37,359 bases of DNA from Callorhinchus milii (lineage: Eukaryota). Shown here piece after piece: positions 34,674 to 37,359 of the stretch. Position numbers and translations under genes: made by a program. The notes below the pieces were generated by a model that was not told where the DNA came from, made no database searches, and worked only from the letters and a program-made list of their open reading frames with translations. Each line of letters begins with the position of its first letter. The first letter of the stretch is position 1. The DNA lies in NCBI RefSeq assembly GCF_018977255.1, contig NW_024705521.1:1-37359 (forward strand), given 5' to 3'.

Positions 34674-35477
34674 CACAGTGATGGGAACCAGTCAGAGACT
34701 CGTACAAAAACGCAGAGCGTTTAGTGGGTTTGTGCTTCTGTTTCTCTAGGCCGCAGCAGAGATTTACTGTAGGAAAGGAAACCAGACAGAGACACAAAGA
34801 GAACATTACATTGACGGCTCATCTGACTGTCAAACAAACAACTCAATGATCCCATGAACTCAACTGATCATGCAATAACCGTGGTTAGAGCATGTACCTC
34901 GCATGCGAGGGACAGGTTTTCGATTCCCGATAGGGCGAAATGTTGGGCAACTTTACTTACTGCACAAACCGCCGTTTAACGAGCAGTAGATATGAACCTG
35001 ACTGGCGGATTGAATTTCCGCCGGTAATAATTCCATTAATTGAATAATAATGGTAAACATTTTGTTCAGTCTATCCACGACGATTTATGGTGCACTACTG
35101 TGCGGTATCGTCTGCCTCGATTCGTTCACAAAATATAATGTCACTACACGATATGATAGACTACGTGAAGCCGTTTGCGTCGCCTGGAAAATGTGATAAT
35201 GTGCTACATCAAATGGAAAGATTATTGTTATTTTATTTTGATGATCAGTCTACCAGTTAGGGCTATGGCCTTCGTTGTTACCAGGAGCTGAAGGGAGGAT
35301 TCCCTTCCCCTGTGACTGGTGAAAACCGCTGTCTGAAAGCAATTGGATACTGTATTGAAACGCGGCTGAGATGCCAATGAGGTGACCTGAGACTGTGGCT
35401 CCGCCAATGCCGACAATCACTGCGGGTTATCAGCAAACTGATGGCACAGACACAACCACACAGACTGAAGAGCAGTA

Positions 35478-36486
35478 ATGAGGTTGTTTGCTGTCTGTCT
35501 GGTGCTGGGAACCCTTATGTCAGGTGAGGCCGTGTTGAGCTGATTCCTTATTGCTGCTGATGGTGAGCTCCATTACAACAACATTTGGTGGAGGGAAGTC
35601 TGTCGCTCAGTAGTTACAGCACTCGCCTCTCAAGTGAGAGGACGTGGGTTCGATTCCCGGACAGGACACGATTAAACCTTTGTCAATTTTTGATACTCCA
35701 CTCACAAGCCTGTGATCATCTATTAACAAGAACGACACTGATTCCTTCAGTACCTTTGAACACAATGTGCTAATAATAACTTCCAATTGGTGATAATTTC
35801 TCAAACCTTTTTACTGGATTGGCGGATCGCTTTACCGCGGATAATAAAGGCCTCACAGAATTAAAAATAAAATATGACAACCCAGCCCACGTCTAATTGT
35901 GGGACACTCCTGTGCGCAATGGCTGCTGCCTTTCGCCAATAAAAATACTCAGCAATTCACTTTACAGTAATATTGTGTGGAGCGTTTTCAGAATTCCCAA
36001 CAATGTGATAATCCGATATGTTAAACACAGCGATTATTACTGTTACTTTATTACAATTGAAGTCTACATGGAATCTTTCTCATCAGGATAACGTCACAAG
36101 GCGCTGAGAAATTAATTCAGGCAAATTTTTAATCATATAATGTCGTTATCTTCCATGTTTATTACAGAACTCTGCCGTGGGGACCCTGTCAGTCAGAAAG
36201 GTGCCGTGATGTTTAAGAAAGTGGGAGGAAACGTGACTTTTGAACGTACCTATTCCATGAATGAAAGCTATTACTATCTCTTCTGGTACCGACATTACCC
36301 AGACAAACAGCCACAATTTATACTGCGAAAATATTCACGTTACGAAGAGGAAAGGAAAGGAGATGGAATTGGAAATCGTTTCACTTCTCAGCTTGACGCT
36401 TCCCAATCTGTCACCAGATTATCCATCTCTGAGCTGCTGGTGTCTGACAGCGCTGTGTATCACTTTGCTGTCTCTCCCTATATCCC
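35478..36486 (+). CDS. TRAV: V segment F15: open frame, both canonical Cys substituted
   Basis: Leader 35478-35523 (MRLFAVCLVLGTLMS, GTGAGG). V exon 36168-36486 is open. First Cys codon is CGT (36245-36247) and second is TTT (36464-36466; DSAVYHFAVS). RSS CACAGTG 36487-36493 / 23 / ACAATAACT 36517-36525. Confidence 0.85.
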
Positions 36487-37359
36487 CACAGTGATGGGAA
36501 CCAACCACAGCCTCGTACAATAACTAAACTGGCATTCTGAGCTTGGTCTGGCTATCTGATCAACCCTGTGCGTGTTCAGACTCAATCTTTTTGTGCAGCG
36601 AGCTGCAGGGGAAGCCACATCTACCACAATTCAGTCTGTCTGCCGAAGATCCACATAATTATGTGTCACAGTAACTGCATAGAGTAAAGTTGACAGGCAG
36701 TCAGCTGCAGCAGTCTACGCTTCTGTTGATTAACTGTGCTCTGCAAATGCAACAATAGCAACCCATTTCGAAAATTTGAGACGTCCTCCAGAATGGAGGG
36801 CCCTATATAAATCCAAGTTGTTTTTGTAGTCGTTGTTGAATATTTTTCGTTTGACTGTAAGGAAGAAGAATGAATTCCATATCAATGGTGGGTTGGATGG
36901 GTTGGGTGTTTTGGAGGGGGTGAGAGCGTGTGGTAAGAGCAGGGCAGGTTGGGAACTCCACATGGTGAGCTTGGAAGAGGGGGTGGAAGCTGGGGTGGTG
37001 GGAAGCTGGGGAACTTCCTGGGAAAAAAGAGGAAAGACGTTGGGAAGCGGTGGTTGAAGAGGTGGTTGCTCAGATGCAGTGTGTTAATCAGAGAGGAATG
37101 CTGATGGTGCACGTCTTCGTGTCTGCTCTCAATTGGCACCGGGGTAAATCTAAGCCAATTTGCTTGTTTCACCAATAAACTAATCCCGAGACAACACAGA
37201 CACTGATATTCTTTTGAAACACCATTAGATGCCGCCATAAACAACACAATAAAACTGACTTTCATGCAGCGGATTACACATCGGGAGCACTCCTCATAAG
37301 CACTTAGCAATGTAAGTAATGCGGAGTCCTGTAGATTAATGGTTACAGCAACACAGAGA

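Noticed and set aside
4271-36100. Recurrent short ORFs such as MGSCGSVV..., MWDIAVRNWLPR... and IIIIII runs
   Set aside because: Translations of SINE bodies and (ATT)n tails.
36882-37310. 142-aa minus-strand Pro-rich ORF
   Set aside because: No recognisable domain and driven by G-rich composition. Possibly a repeat fragment, but I cannot assign it.
1-37359. IgH-like V, NAR-TCR V, or D/J/C segments as known from shark TCR delta loci
   Set aside because: All V exons look TCR alpha/delta-like with 23-bp spacers. I saw no 12-bp-spacer RSS, FGXG J motif or C exon by eye. A formal RSS scan was not run.
1-37359. CRISPR-like or prokaryotic defence system
   Set aside because: The repeats are dispersed SINEs and gene duplications. 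There is no repeat-spacer array or operon structure, and the sequence is spliced vertebrate DNA.

Overview
Vertebrate genomic DNA from the germline V-segment array of a T-cell receptor alpha/delta-type locus. Fifteen V segments (one cut by the window start) all lie on the + strand. Most show a short leader exon with a phase-1 intron, a V exon (Cys-Trp-Cys Ig fold ending YYC/YFC) and a 3' RSS with a 23-bp spacer. They fall into six families (my labels A-F) in the order A1 B2 A3 C4 D5 A6 B7 A8 B9 A10 C11 D12 A13 E14 F15. Positions ~1-15,000 recur at ~19,700-33,500 (period ~19.5 kb). Seven segments look intact (C4, A6, B7, B9, C11, D12, E14). Six are damaged (B2, A3, D5, A8, A10, A13). F15 keeps an open frame but has lost both canonical cysteines. 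Intergenic and intronic DNA is dense with a tRNA-derived SINE that has a central conserved domain and an L2-type tail ending in (ATT)n. Its resemblance to shark/chimaera SINEs suggests a cartilaginous fish, which is an inference only. No D, J or C segments, no IgH-like or NAR-like V, and no prokaryotic features were seen. I found no clearly new biological system. The best leads are the cysteine-less V, a CTCF + E-box/Ets module repeated after every family-A V, and several SINE-V interactions. Single-base indel calls are provisional because the assembly has ambiguous bases next to homopolymers and a gap.
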